This document shows, in pieces, positions 18,582 through 28,387 of a stretch of DNA of 64,000 nucleotides (positions are counted from its first letter, which is position 1; every line of letters begins with the position of its first letter). The DNA comes from Spirochaetaceae bacterium (lineage in GTDB: Bacteria > Spirochaetota > Spirochaetia > DSM-2461), in contig JAOPTT010000016.1 in the NCBI GenBank assembly GCA_051531975.1, positions 1 through 64,000 on the forward strand, read 5' to 3'. The notes under the pieces are model-generated. The model saw only the letters and a program-made list of their open reading frames with translations. It was not told the origin of the DNA and did not search any database. The position numbers and the translations under genes were made by a program.

Positions 18582-20564
18582 TTAATTATCCCCAGTATTT
18601 GTTAAGTTTTCTATGGCTTGCATACTACTGTTTAAACTACTCATAGTTGCATCCATTTTTCCATATTTTTGTCGTATTGTCTGCTCATATGAAATTAAAT
18701 CATCTTTATAATCTGTAATGTTTTTTTCACTTCTTTTAATCTGTCCATCTATAGTTGTTATTCTTGAAGCAATTGTACCACCAGATCTAGTATATGGTTT
18801 AATTAGATCATCAACAACTTTAGCAACACCTGTATCTATTATAAAATCACTATTTGTATCGTTTCCAAATAGTTTTCTAACTGATTCAATATTATTATTA
18901 AGTGCTGCCTCTAATTCTTCAACATTTGCCTCAATATAGCCCCTAAGCTGGGAAGCACTAACACCTGATGTCCCTGAAGCATTTGTTGATATACCAATGG
19001 ACTTTAGGAGCTTATAGCCATTTTCAGTATCAGAAGGGTAGACGTTAGTTACACTTCGCAATAAATTTTGTTTTATACTATTTAATGTTCTATCACCTTT
19101 TAGCAACCCTTGAATCTCTTCGGCTTTTTCTTTGTCAGAATCGGTAGTGAATTCAATTTCAGATAATATAGCTTTATCATCGTTAGTTAATAATAGTATT
19201 TTTTGAATTGATTCATTATAATTATACATAAAATCTAAAATTTGATCTCTAGCAAGTTCAGTATTAAAATCTATTTTTAAATTAACTTCTTCATCTGGAT
19301 CAGAACTATGTAAGTATAATGTTGTTCCATCAATTAAATCATCAATGGTATTGCTTTCTCTCTCAATTTTCATTCCATTCATTGATATTGAAGCATTATT
19401 AGCAACTGTAATTGGTTTTACAGGAATATAATCACCATCTCCAGCACCTTTTTTTTGTAAAACTGAGTGTACTAGAAGAGTTTTTTCACTATTGTTATTT
19501 ACTATGTTTATACTTTTAAGATTTTTTATGTCACTACCTAAAAAAGATACTATCTGTTTTTTGTTATCAATATTTACAATTGCATCAAGATCAATAATAA
19601 AATCTTCATCTGTTATTGAAACAATGTTCATATCTAATACAGGGGGTAAGTTACTCTCTTCTGGTGTATTAAATCTTTCTAAACCACCACCAGCAGCTCC
19701 ATCTATTGTAATATTATCTAAGGATATACTTGCAACATTTATATCATCTATTAACTTGTTTTCATCCTCAACATTAGGTGTATATAAAAGTTCAACAGTA
19801 ATTTCTATTATATCACTATCATTTATTTCTGAGTTTACTCTAAAACTTGCTTTTGTAGCGGGAGGTAATTTAAGATCTAGTTCAGTTTTTTTTACAGCAC
19901 CTTTCGATGAAATAATGTCATCTACTTTTATCTGGTTATTTTCTATATTATTTTTTTTAATTATACCAAGATCAATTCCAAGTTTAATGGAATCTTCTTT
20001 AAATATTAAAGAGTTATCTTCACCTGTCACTAAACTTTCTATAAGTAAGACTTGAGTTTCTTTACTATTTTTTATTAATGAGGCTCGTATTTCATCTGGA
20101 TTTTTTTTATTTATTTTAGTGACAAAATCTTCGAGTTTACCACCTCTGTATTTAAAAACAGTATCATTGTCCCCAATTGAAAAAGTATAATTTCCTCTTG
20201 GTATAGAAGTATCATTATTGATTTGTTTTGATACAAATTTATCTGAAGTTGCAATTTTATCAACGATAAAACTCATGTTTTCATCGATTGCATTTCTTTC
20301 ACTTTCAGCTGTTAGAATTGTATCATTTGAACTATTAACAGTTTTTTCACTGAAAGGATTTTCAAAACCATACAACTTATTAGCTGAATCAGAAAGTTTT
20401 GAAAGAGTGACATTTAAATCCTGCCAAATACCTTTTAAATTAGTAAATTCCTCTTGTTTTATTTCCATTTTTTCAAGAGGAATACGTTTGGCCTTCATTA
20501 AGTTTTCGACTTGTTTCGCTGAATTACTATCGTTACTAAAACCAGGAATCGCAATATCAGACAA
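18582..20564 (-). CDS. fliD: Flagellar filament cap protein FliD
   Basis: MSDIAIPG N-terminus, SNTIDDLIDGTTLYL, C-terminal coiled coil; follows flaG. Confidence 0.92.
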   Translation of the reverse strand: MSDIAIPGFSNDSNSAKQVENLMKAKRIPLEKMEIKQEEFTNLKGIWQDLNVTLSKLSDSANKLYGFENPFSEKTVNSSNDTILTAESERNAIDENMSFIVDKIATSDKFVSKQINNDTSIPRGNYTFSIGDNDTVFKYRGGKLEDFVTKINKKNPDEIRASLIKNSKETQVLLIESLVTGEDNSLIFKEDSIKLGIDLGIIKKNNIENNQIKVDDIISSKGAVKKTELDLKLPPATKASFRVNSEINDSDIIEITVELLYTPNVEDENKLIDDINVASISLDNITIDGAAGGGLERFNTPEESNLPPVLDMNIVSITDEDFIIDLDAIVNIDNKKQIVSFLGSDIKNLKSINIVNNNSEKTLLVHSVLQKKGAGDGDYIPVKPITVANNASISMNGMKIERESNTIDDLIDGTTLYLHSSDPDEEVNLKIDFNTELARDQILDFMYNYNESIQKILLLTNDDKAILSEIEFTTDSDKEKAEEIQGLLKGDRTLNSIKQNLLRSVTNVYPSDTENGYKLLKSIGISTNASGTSGVSASQLRGYIEANVEELEAALNNNIESVRKLFGNDTNSDFIIDTGVAKVVDDLIKPYTRSGGTIASRITTIDGQIKRSEKNITDYKDDLISYEQTIRQKYGKMDATMSSLNSSMQAIENLTNTGDN

Positions 20565-20583
20565 TAAAAACCACCTTTAACCG

Positions 20584-20913
20584 TTATATCAGTTCATCAA
20601 AAAGAACTCCCATATGTGTTCTAAAATGTTCTCTTAAAACTTGTATTTCATGGGATGGAATCTCTTTAATGAGTTTATCGGTCTTTTTATCCATCACTTT
20701 AATGATAAAACCATTATCATTTTCATCAATAGTATATTTTATCTGTGTCTCTTTTAAAATATCGTTAAGATGAATTTTGATTTCAGGAAGTGTAAGTGTC
20801 TCTTCTCTTTTTACTTTTTCAGGTTGAACTTTTGCTGCATTTTGTTTTTGTTGTAGAGATACTCTACTCTCCCTAAGTTCTTGCCTTACAACACTTTCTG
20901 TAATAGTTGTCAT
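20584..20913 (-). CDS. flaG: Flagellar protein FlaG
   Basis: IIKVMDKKTDKLIKEIPS...GVLFDE; between flagellin and fliD. Confidence 0.88.
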   Translation of the reverse strand: MTTITESVVRQELRESRVSLQQKQNAAKVQPEKVKREETLTLPEIKIHLNDILKETQIKYTIDENDNGFIIKVMDKKTDKLIKEIPSHEIQVLREHFRTHMGVLFDELI

Positions 20914-20974
20914 AAGAACCTCCTTTTAGGATAGCGAATTAAGGGGAAGGACGCGTCTCCCCCTGAATCCTGAA

Positions 20975-20998
20975 ATAAAAGATAACGTCCGGTTATCT
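20975..20998 (-). terminator. Hairpin/terminator after second flagellin
   Basis: Minus strand AGATAAC-CGGAC-GTTATCT followed by TTTATTT. Confidence 0.5.
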
Positions 20999-21015
20999 CT
21001 TAAAATACGGAGTAT

Positions 21016-21864
21016 TTAGTTTAATAAAGAAAGTACTGATTGTGTTTGAACATTTGCCTGTCCAAGCATTGCAGTACTTGCTTGAGATAAAATCTTATCT
21101 CTTGTTAAGCTTACAACTTCTGTTGCCATGTCAGTATCTCTTATTCTAGATTCTGCTGCTTGCATATTTTCCGATGCAATTGCTATGCCTTTAGCTGCAG
21201 TTTCAAATCTGTTTTGATAAGCACCAAGATTTGCTCTTTGAGCATTCACTTGTTTCATAGCATCGTCTAAAATACCTATAGCTTTGTTTGCTTCATCAGT
21301 ACTAGCCAATGAAAGAGAACCGCCTGCTTCTTGCTCATTAGTTAATCCTAATGCACTAGCAGTCATGTTTCTTACTGCAATCGTTTCACTTTGGTCCATA
21401 TTGGCACCAACTTGAATAGAAAGAGCGTTTCCACCTTCTTCTGAAAATCTCCCAGTTAACATATTCATACCGTTAAATTGTGCATGGGAAGCAATTCTAT
21501 TCACTTCATCAACAAGTTGAGAAACCTCTACTTGAATCATAGCTCTATCTTCATCGCTATAGATTCCATTTGATGATTGAACAGAAAGCTCACGTACTCT
21601 TTGAAGTATGTCAGTTGTTTCGTTTAGGAATCCTTCTGTAGCCTGAATAAAGGAAACACCGTTTTGAATATTTCTTTCAGCTTGATTTAAACCTTTGATT
21701 TGGCTTCTCATTTTTTCAGAAACTGCTAAACCAGATGCGTCATCAGCTGCCTTATTTATTCTCATCCCAGAAGAAAGCTTTTCCATTGAATTGTTTGAAG
21801 CATTCTTAGCTAGTCCTAACTGTCTGTTTGAATTAACAGCAGCCATGTTGTGATTAATTATCAT
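21016..21864 (-). CDS. flaB: Periplasmic flagellin FlaB
   Basis: [45 protein letters not shown]. Confidence 0.97.
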   Translation of the reverse strand: MIINHNMAAVNSNRQLGLAKNASNNSMEKLSSGMRINKAADDASGLAVSEKMRSQIKGLNQAERNIQNGVSFIQATEGFLNETTDILQRVRELSVQSSNGIYSDEDRAMIQVEVSQLVDEVNRIASHAQFNGMNMLTGRFSEEGGNALSIQVGANMDQSETIAVRNMTASALGLTNEQEAGGSLSLASTDEANKAIGILDDAMKQVNAQRANLGAYQNRFETAAKGIAIASENMQAAESRIRDTDMATEVVSLTRDKILSQASTAMLGQANVQTQSVLSLLN

Positions 21865-22061
21865 TATTCCCCTCCATGATACTAATTAATAGGCATCCTT
21901 TGCCTACATCATTTAATCATAGTGCACAACAAGGAGGATTCAGAAAAAAAAAGCGTCTTTCTGCTCCGTGTAATCTCCTGTGTCACTAAGATCTTTACCA
22001 CATATGGTAAACATCCTAATGCTTGTTGTAATAAACGGGGTCGTATGTCAAAGATCAAATA

Positions 22062-22092
22062 ATGATACTAGTACTATTAATACTAGTATCAT
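22062..22092 (-). terminator. Perfect 12-bp inverted repeat after first flagellin (terminator or mRNA stability hairpin)
   Basis: ATGATACTAGTA-N7-TACTAGTATCAT; only a weak U tract. Confidence 0.55.
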
Positions 22093-22108
22093 CATAGAGT
22101 ATAATACG

Positions 22109-22969
22109 TTATTGAAGAAGCTGCAACACTTGTTGTGGTGCAGATTTAGCTTGTGCAAGCATAGCATTACTTGCCTGACTAAGAATCTGATCCTTAGTAA
22201 GCTCAACAACTTCTTTAGCCATGTCAACGTCTCTAATTCTAGACTCCGCTGCTTGTAAGTTTTCAGCACCAATATCAATACCTTTAACAGCTGTTTCTAG
22301 TCTGTTTTGGTATGCACCTAAGTCTGCTCTTTGTTTATTAACTTTCTTAAGAGCTTCGTCTAGTACACCGATATTTTTGTTGGCATCATCAGCAGTTTCA
22401 ATGCTCATGATATCATCAGTACCTAATTGTCTTACACCTAAAGATGCTGCAGTCATTGTTCCAATGTGCATTCTTTCTCTTTGATCCATGTTAGCTCCTA
22501 CGTGTATCCACATAGAACCTGTCACAGTATTTTCACCTGTTTCTTCTGCAAATCTACCTGTTAGCATATTCATACCATTAAATTGAGCTTGCGAAGCAAT
22601 TCTGTCAATTTCATCAACAAGTTGAGAAACCTCTACTTGAATTTGCATTCTATCTTCTGCAGTATAAATACCATTTGAAGATTGAACAGATAACTCTCTT
22701 AGTCTCTGTAAGATGTTAGTTGTAGACTCTAAGTGTCCTTCAGTTGCTTGAATAAAAGATATACCATCAGAAGCATTTCTAGATGCTTGATTTAAACCTC
22801 TTATCTGACTTCTCATCTTTTCTGAAACCGCTAAACCAGAAGCATCATCTGCTGCTTTGTTGATTCTTAGTCCAGAAGATAACTTAGCCATACTGTTCTG
22901 AATACCAGAAGTCTTTGTTCCACCAACTCTTAAAGAGTTCATTGCGCTCATATTGTGATTAATAACCAT
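22109..22969 (-). CDS. flaB: Periplasmic flagellin FlaB
   Basis: Start placed at MVINHNMSA (22969) behind GGAGG; conserved flagellin termini. Confidence 0.97.
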   Translation of the reverse strand: MVINHNMSAMNSLRVGGTKTSGIQNSMAKLSSGLRINKAADDASGLAVSEKMRSQIRGLNQASRNASDGISFIQATEGHLESTTNILQRLRELSVQSSNGIYTAEDRMQIQVEVSQLVDEIDRIASQAQFNGMNMLTGRFAEETGENTVTGSMWIHVGANMDQRERMHIGTMTAASLGVRQLGTDDIMSIETADDANKNIGVLDEALKKVNKQRADLGAYQNRLETAVKGIDIGAENLQAAESRIRDVDMAKEVVELTKDQILSQASNAMLAQAKSAPQQVLQLLQ

Positions 22970-22973
22970 ACTA

Positions 22974-23022
22974 CATTCCTCCATGAATGATCGATAAATT
23001 TTTTATGGAACATCCTTGTTCC
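22974..23022 (-). promoter_or_regulatory. CsrA-type binding hairpins in flaB leader
   Basis: GGAACA-AGGA-TGTTCC hairpin and CATTC-ATGGAG-GAATG hairpin over the SD. Confidence 0.75.
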
Positions 23023-23051
23023 AAAATTGAGAAATACTTCTCATGTTAAAT

Positions 23052-23080
23052 ATATCGGAGTTGAGTAGGTATAAACTTTA
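23052..23080 (-). promoter_or_regulatory. Sigma28-like promoter of flaB
   Basis: Minus strand TAAAGTTT-N13-TCCGATAT. Confidence 0.65.
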
Positions 23081-23098
23081 AGGCTTTAGTAAAAAAAA

Positions 23099-24205
23099 TT
23101 AAATTAGTTTTTCTAAATAGAGTTTTGCAATAGAATCTTCTGGTTCAAAAAGTAAAACTGTTTCAAAATATTTAATAGCCATCTCATTATTACCCATTTT
23201 CATCTGAATAATACCAAGATTTGATATTATTTTTACATCTTCAGGTGCAATCATAAGTGCTTTTTCTAAAGACTTTTGACTTTTTTCGAAATTACCAACT
23301 TCCATATAACAGATAGCTAATTCATTTTGAATATCTAAATCTTTATTATTTAATTCTGAAGCTTTCTCAAGTGACGTAATGGCATCTTGAAACTTTGATA
23401 ATCTACGATATGCCCATCCTAATAGAAAAAGAGCATTCCAAATTGATTCATTTTGTTCTAGGTACTCATTCATTATTTCTATAGCTATATTTTCATTCTC
23501 ATCTAAAATAGCATTATAGGCTTTATTAAATATATCTTCATTACTTAAAATATTTGTATAGTTATTTAAAACTTCTTTTGCTTTATTAATTTTTTCATCA
23601 TCTTCACTATATTCTATAAAAGCATCAAAACAAGATTCTGCTTTATCAAAGTTTCTAATCTTGATAAAAAAATATCCCGCATTAAAATATGTATCTGTTA
23701 GTATAGAATCTTTGGATAGTAACTGTATGTATAATTGCTTTGCTTCTTCTAATGTCTCAGATTGTAATATCGCCTCACCATTGGATATGTGCCAATCAGA
23801 CTTTTCTTCATAAAATACAGCTAGATTTAACAAAACTCTATCATCACCAGGTTCTAAGCCCTTTAGTGCAAGAAAAATTTCTTCTGATAAGTTAAAGTCT
23901 TTATTTTGTGATTTAACAATAGCTGAATCTGTTAATTCTTGTATTATCCCAGGTCTAACAGCTTTGATAAACTCTCTATAATAATCATTATTACTGCTAT
24001 TGTCAGAACTGTAAGCTAAAAGTTTTAGCATAGCCGAAATAATTATTTCCCAGGTTAAAGTACTAGAATCCCAGGACTCAATTCCTTGGGTTTCAATTGG
24101 AAGTTTTATTTTCTTATCAAGTTTAAAAGATCCGATAGTATCTGCAAAATCTTCTGGTATATTAATATAATAGATATCTTTTAATGGATTATTGTTTGAG
24201 TTCAT
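23099..24205 (-). CDS. TPR repeat protein
   Basis: Multiple TPR motifs (WNALFLLGWAYRRL, NELAIC, IISNLG). Confidence 0.85.
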   Translation of the reverse strand: MNSNNNPLKDIYYINIPEDFADTIGSFKLDKKIKLPIETQGIESWDSSTLTWEIIISAMLKLLAYSSDNSSNNDYYREFIKAVRPGIIQELTDSAIVKSQNKDFNLSEEIFLALKGLEPGDDRVLLNLAVFYEEKSDWHISNGEAILQSETLEEAKQLYIQLLSKDSILTDTYFNAGYFFIKIRNFDKAESCFDAFIEYSEDDEKINKAKEVLNNYTNILSNEDIFNKAYNAILDENENIAIEIMNEYLEQNESIWNALFLLGWAYRRLSKFQDAITSLEKASELNNKDLDIQNELAICYMEVGNFEKSQKSLEKALMIAPEDVKIISNLGIIQMKMGNNEMAIKYFETVLLFEPEDSIAKLYLEKLI

Positions 24206-24228
24206 ATATATTCTCCTGTAAATATTTG

Positions 24229-25083
24229 TTAATTATTTGGTACTTGCTCTTGCTGATTTAACTTAATGTTACTTTTAATCTTATTAACCACTTTTTGGGA
24301 CTTAAGAAATTCATTTATCATTAAGTGATATTCTAATTGAATCTGGTTTATATCAAATTGAACTGCCATAGCTACAATATCTTTTCTATTTGCAAGTGCT
24401 TCTGATCTAATACTCTTTCCAAGTAATATTATTCTACCAAAATCTTTATGATGTAATTCAACTTTTATGGCCTTATTATTAAGAAATTTAGCATTTCCAG
24501 CTAGTAAGAATTTCATTCCATTAAAAGATAAATCCCTAATCATTCCTTGTCTCGGAATATTATCTATCATTATTTGAACAGCTGAAGTATTTAAACCAAG
24601 TTTTGAAATATTATTTTTATCGATAATAATTCTTTCATCAGCACGTTTTTTTGAGTTTCTTTTTGCTTCTAAAAGTCTTCCTAAAATTATGATTAAAGGC
24701 TCAGGAGGCTTTGATGTATACTTGAATTGTAAAATATAAAGATTTTGTTCTGGTTTATAGTCAGTTATCTCAGAAATTTTACATTTAATAAAGAAGAACA
24801 GTGAATCATTTTTTTTATCTTCATTATTTATTGCATATCTTAGATTTATAATGTTTTCATTTTTTACTTTCTGTAATATATCTTTTGGTAAATTAGCAAT
24901 TACCTTTGCTTGTGTCATTGAAGAAGAGTAAACGATACAAGGTCTCTGTATATCTTTAAATTTAAAATAAATATGTTTTGGTTGAAAGCCAAAAAGCTGA
25001 GATATTTTTTTTGTAATTATTACTTCGTCACTTCTATATTTATCATAAAAATCGTCAATGTCTTGCTTTGTCAAAAGACCCAT
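24229..25083 (-). CDS. PilZ-domain c-di-GMP receptor (PlzA-like)
   Basis: N-terminal PilZN-like domain, then RADER (RxxxR) and DLSFNG (DxSxxG). Confidence 0.85.
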   Translation of the reverse strand: MGLLTKQDIDDFYDKYRSDEVIITKKISQLFGFQPKHIYFKFKDIQRPCIVYSSSMTQAKVIANLPKDILQKVKNENIINLRYAINNEDKKNDSLFFFIKCKISEITDYKPEQNLYILQFKYTSKPPEPLIIILGRLLEAKRNSKKRADERIIIDKNNISKLGLNTSAVQIMIDNIPRQGMIRDLSFNGMKFLLAGNAKFLNNKAIKVELHHKDFGRIILLGKSIRSEALANRKDIVAMAVQFDINQIQLEYHLMINEFLKSQKVVNKIKSNIKLNQQEQVPNN

Positions 25084-25111
25084 ATTTTTCTATCTCTTTT
25101 AATATAATTTA

Positions 25112-25283
25112 CCCAAAATGCCGTCCAGCAATTTATTCTCTTGAACTCTTTTGTTCAAGTGGGCTTCCTATATACACATCCTGTTTCACTATAAATAGTT
25201 AACAATTCAGTAATAAAGAGTAGGAATCCCTTAGATTAGTTTTGTAGAAAGAGAATATTACTGTACAAACGAACATCCCAGGC
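25112..25283 (-). ncRNA. ssrS: 6S RNA
   Basis: Directly downstream of zapA. Ends pair (CCUGGGAUGUUCGU / ACGGCAUUUUGGG) and it has the CUUGAAC-AAAAGA-GUUCAAG central-bubble hairpin; ~170 nt. Confidence 0.85.
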
Positions 25284-25288
25284 AGTTA

Positions 25289-25564
25289 TTATTCTAATGC
25301 TTCATTTAGGTTTTGTACAAGTCTTTCGATGTGATTTTCTAATAAAATTGATGAACTATTTTTGGATTTCATTATATCATCTATTAAAAACAAAGATGTT
25401 AATAGAGAACATTTTATAGGATCTTTAATATTGAGTTTTTTTTTGGTGTCATTTGTTTTTTTTTCTAAAATTTCAATGATCTGTTCCATATATTCTCTAC
25501 TCTCTTTTGATTTAAAAGTTATTTGAGTATCTAATATATTTATTTGGAACAGATCATCATTCAT
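25289..25564 (-). CDS. zapA: Cell division protein ZapA
   Basis: 91 aa with ZapA-like pattern (INILDTQITFK...SLLTSLFLID); zapB-zapA-ssrS order. Confidence 0.75.
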   Translation of the reverse strand: MNDDLFQINILDTQITFKSKESREYMEQIIEILEKKTNDTKKKLNIKDPIKCSLLTSLFLIDDIMKSKNSSSILLENHIERLVQNLNEALE

Positions 25565-26493
25565 TAGAAGATTTCTAACATTGGAATAGTATAATTACTG
25601 TTTTTTTTCTTTGGTTTATCATCAGATTTTTTTGTTTCATCAATAGGTGCTGCATCAGAAGATGTCTCATCTGTTAATTCACTTTCAATAATATCCTCTG
25701 TTGTAGCTTGATTGTTTTCATCTATAGCTGTCTCAATTTCATCTACAATCTGTGTTTCAGTTTCTAATATATCGTCTTCGTTATTATCAACATCCTCAAC
25801 TACAATTGATTCTTCAATTGCAATCGATTCCTCAACTACAATTGATTCTTCAACTGCAATAGATTCTTCAACTGCAATAGATTCTTCAACTGCAATAGAT
25901 TCTTCAACTGCAATAGATTCTTCAACTGCAATAGATTCCTCAACTACAATAGATTCCTCAACTACAATAGATTCTTCAACTGCAATAGATTCTTCAACTG
26001 CAATAGATTCTTCAACTGCAATAGATTCTTCAACTGCAATAGATTCTTCAACTGCAAGAGTAACGGTATCATCTAATATAACATCGTCAGATTCAGTATT
26101 TACTTCGTCTGTTTCATCTTCTAACTCTAAAGTCAAAGAGTCTTCAGTACTGTTCTCAGCCTGCTCAGAATGATCGTCTTTTTGATTATTTTCTTCTACA
26201 ACGATTTCAGTTTCTTCGCTAGGGGAAAGCCTTACTGAAGTTTCCTCTTTTTCTTTATTTTGTTCCACAATATCAAGATCATCTAATTTAGAAATAGCGT
26301 CCATAAGACCTAATTCAATTTTAGTCTGTCCATCCTCTAAGGATAAAACAATACTTTCAAGATCAGTAATCTTGTTTTCATAATCAGAAAGAGTGGATCG
26401 CAATTGAGCGTTTTCCTCTCTTAAAGTACTAATTAAACTAACAGCTTGTTTAATCTTTGCATCAAGTTTTTGTACCTGTTCAAGAGTTATCAT
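25564..26493 (-). CDS. zapB: ZapB-like coiled-coil protein with long acidic repeat tail
   Basis: N-terminal coiled coil MITLEQVQKLDAKIKQAV; TAATG overlap with zapA. Confidence 0.7.
   Translation of the reverse strand: MITLEQVQKLDAKIKQAVSLISTLREENAQLRSTLSDYENKITDLESIVLSLEDGQTKIELGLMDAISKLDDLDIVEQNKEKEETSVRLSPSEETEIVVEENNQKDDHSEQAENSTEDSLTLELEDETDEVNTESDDVILDDTVTLAVEESIAVEESIAVEESIAVEESIAVEESIVVEESIVVEESIAVEESIAVEESIAVEESIAVEESIAVEESIVVEESIAIEESIVVEDVDNNEDDILETETQIVDEIETAIDENNQATTEDIIESELTDETSSDAAPIDETKKSDDKPKKKNSNYTIPMLEIF
25804..26055. repeat. 14 x 18-bp in-frame tandem repeat encoding (A/V)(V/I)EESI
   Basis: Unit TCTTCAACTGCAATAGAT with minor variants; partial 15th unit to 25792. Confidence 0.97.
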
Positions 26494-26496
26494 TTA

Positions 26497-26856
26497 TTAT
26501 GCTCCTATAGCTTTTTTAGATGCAACAACAATTGCACTAAATGCTTTTGGATCTTCAATTGCTAGGTTAGATAATACTTTTCGGTCTAAAGCAATTTCAG
26601 CTTTTTTTAGTCCGTTGATGAATCTGGAATAATTCATACCTTCAGCTCTAACTGCTGCAGAAATTCTAGTAATCCAAAGTCTTCTAAACTCTCTCTTTCT
26701 TACTTTTCGGTCTCTGTAGGCGTACTTTCCTGCTTTAGCAACAGCATCTTTAGCTGTTCTAACACAATTTTTTCTTCGTCCCCAGTAACCTTTTGCTAAC
26801 TTAAGAACTTTTTTTCTTCGATCTTTTCGTCTAGTTCCATCAACTGCTCTTGGCAT
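26497..26856 (-). CDS. rplT: 50S ribosomal protein L20
   Basis: [31 protein letters not shown]. Confidence 0.98.
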   Translation of the reverse strand: MPRAVDGTRRKDRRKKVLKLAKGYWGRRKNCVRTAKDAVAKAGKYAYRDRKVRKREFRRLWITRISAAVRAEGMNYSRFINGLKKAEIALDRKVLSNLAIEDPKAFSAIVVASKKAIGA

Positions 26857-26871
26857 TCTTGTCTCCTAATT

Positions 26872-27069
26872 TTACCCGTAAGGTAAAAGTCTTTTAATTC
26901 TTGGTACTTCACAATCACTTACAACAACACAATGTCGAAGCTTTCTTTTTCTTTTCGCGGATTTTTTCGTTAGAATATGACGAGTTCCCTGAGATTTATA
27001 TTTTACTTTCCCAGTTCCTGTCATTTTGTATCTTTTCGCCGCGCTTTTTCTTGTTTTCATTTTAGGCAT
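26872..27069 (-). CDS. rpmI: 50S ribosomal protein L35
   Basis: [15 protein letters not shown]...HILTKKS. Confidence 0.98.
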   Translation of the reverse strand: MPKMKTRKSAAKRYKMTGTGKVKYKSQGTRHILTKKSAKRKRKLRHCVVVSDCEVPRIKRLLPYG

Positions 27070-27090
27070 TTTTGATACATCCTTTGTATT

Positions 27091-27609
27091 TTATTTTTTT
27101 ACTTTAGGACTTAATATCATTGACATAGTTCGGCCTTCCATCGCCGCTCTTTTATCTAAGATATAACACTCTTCAAGTAATACAAGTACTTTATCTAACA
27201 CAACTTTTCCAAGCTCTGTATGTGCTAGTTCTCTTCCCCTAAATCTAATAGTAACTTTTACTTTGTTACCTTCTTCTAGGAAAGTTCTTACATGTTTTGT
27301 TTTAAAATCTAAATCATGTTTTTCTATTTTTGGTTGCATTCTAACTTCTTTTAGCTTTACAACCTTCTGATTCTTTTTTGCTTCTCTTTTTCTTTTTTCT
27401 AAATCAAACTTATATTTACCATAATTTAAGATTTTACACGCAGGTGGATTTGCTTGTGGTGCAACCTCTACAAGGTCTAACCCATTTTCTTGTGCAATCG
27501 ATAGAGCTTCTGAAGTTAAAACTATACCACGTTGCTCTCCTTCATGATCAACTAAACGCACTTCCCGAACTCTTATGTTCTCATTGATTCTTAACTCTTT
27601 TTGTGCCAA
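27091..27609 (-). CDS. infC: Translation initiation factor IF-3
   Basis: [26 protein letters not shown]; start placed at TTG 27609, 5 nt after AAGGAG. Confidence 0.95.
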   Translation of the reverse strand: MAQKELRINENIRVREVRLVDHEGEQRGIVLTSEALSIAQENGLDLVEVAPQANPPACKILNYGKYKFDLEKRKREAKKNQKVVKLKEVRMQPKIEKHDLDFKTKHVRTFLEEGNKVKVTIRFRGRELAHTELGKVVLDKVLVLLEECYILDKRAAMEGRTMSMILSPKVKK

Positions 27610-27775
27610 ATCATCTCCTTTGGTAATCAACTCAATTATTAGCTAAATGTAACTAATGTTTTAATTTAACCAGCAAAATATATCACTTCATTAAAATATA
27701 GTCAAACTAATGACTTTATTAAATGATAATTTATTAAAACTTGTATAAAAAATAATAAAATGCTATGTTTTTTTT

Positions 27776-28387
27776 ATGTTATTATTTTCTATTGTCAGTT
27801 TACCATGTTTATATCTGTTAATAACTAATAAAAATAGTTATAAGGAACTTGTTATCTTTTTTAATGGTTGTATTATATCATCAATTGTATCGATAATAAC
27901 ATGGGCTTTTAGTACATTCTTACTTTTTGACTCAGATTCTTTAATAAATATAACAATTAAATTTATATTTATAATAATCGTGCCATTGATTTTTCTGTTT
28001 GGGTTTTATACTTATGCACATTTAAGTAAAAGAATATTTAAGAATATTCCTAAATCTTTTGTCTGTGGTTTCTTGTATTGGAACTTATTGTTTTCATTGC
28101 TATTAGATATCAGAGTAACAAGCAGTTTCAATTTATTGATTATGCCATTATATTATATGTTGCTATTCTATGTATTTTCTAAATTGGATAATGTCGAATT
28201 TAAAAAAAATAATAAGATCTATAAGATAATTTATATTATTTTAATTCCATTCATTATATTGATAATAAACACATTAACACTTTTGTCTGTATTTATTTCA
28301 ATATTCGTTTTTATTATAATTTTAGTATTTATGTTAATGATTAAATTAAATATTTTGAATATAAAAAACAAGCTGTTCATAACATGA
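27776..28387 (+). CDS. Hypothetical integral membrane protein
   Basis: 203 aa with many hydrophobic helices; TTGTAT-N17-TATGTT just upstream. Confidence 0.65.
   Translation: MLLFSIVSLPCLYLLITNKNSYKELVIFFNGCIISSIVSIITWAFSTFLLFDSDSLINITIKFIFIIIVPLIFLFGFYTYAHLSKRIFKNIPKSFVCGFLYWNLLFSLLLDIRVTSSFNLLIMPLYYMLLFYVFSKLDNVEFKKNNKIYKIIYIILIPFIILIINTLTLLSVFISIFVFIIILVFMLMIKLNILNIKNKLFIT

Noticed and set aside
19492..20580. Long antisense ORFs over fliD, and similar shadow ORFs at 5039, 15720, 17400, 35924, 45262 etc.
   Set aside because: They are Ser/Ile/Leu/Phe-rich mirror frames of well-supported genes, with no SD or domain signal.
22062..22092. TrpR operator (two ACTAGT motifs)
   Set aside because: Spacing differs from ACTAGT-TA-ACTAGT, and the position just after a stop codon fits an RNA hairpin.
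21980..22484. Small ORFs overlapping the flaB 3' end
   Set aside because: Alternative or antisense frames of flagellin with no recognisable features.
25712..26173. 153-aa plus-strand ORF of STAIDS repeats
   Set aside because: It is the antisense frame of the zapB repeat, open only because the repeat lacks stops.
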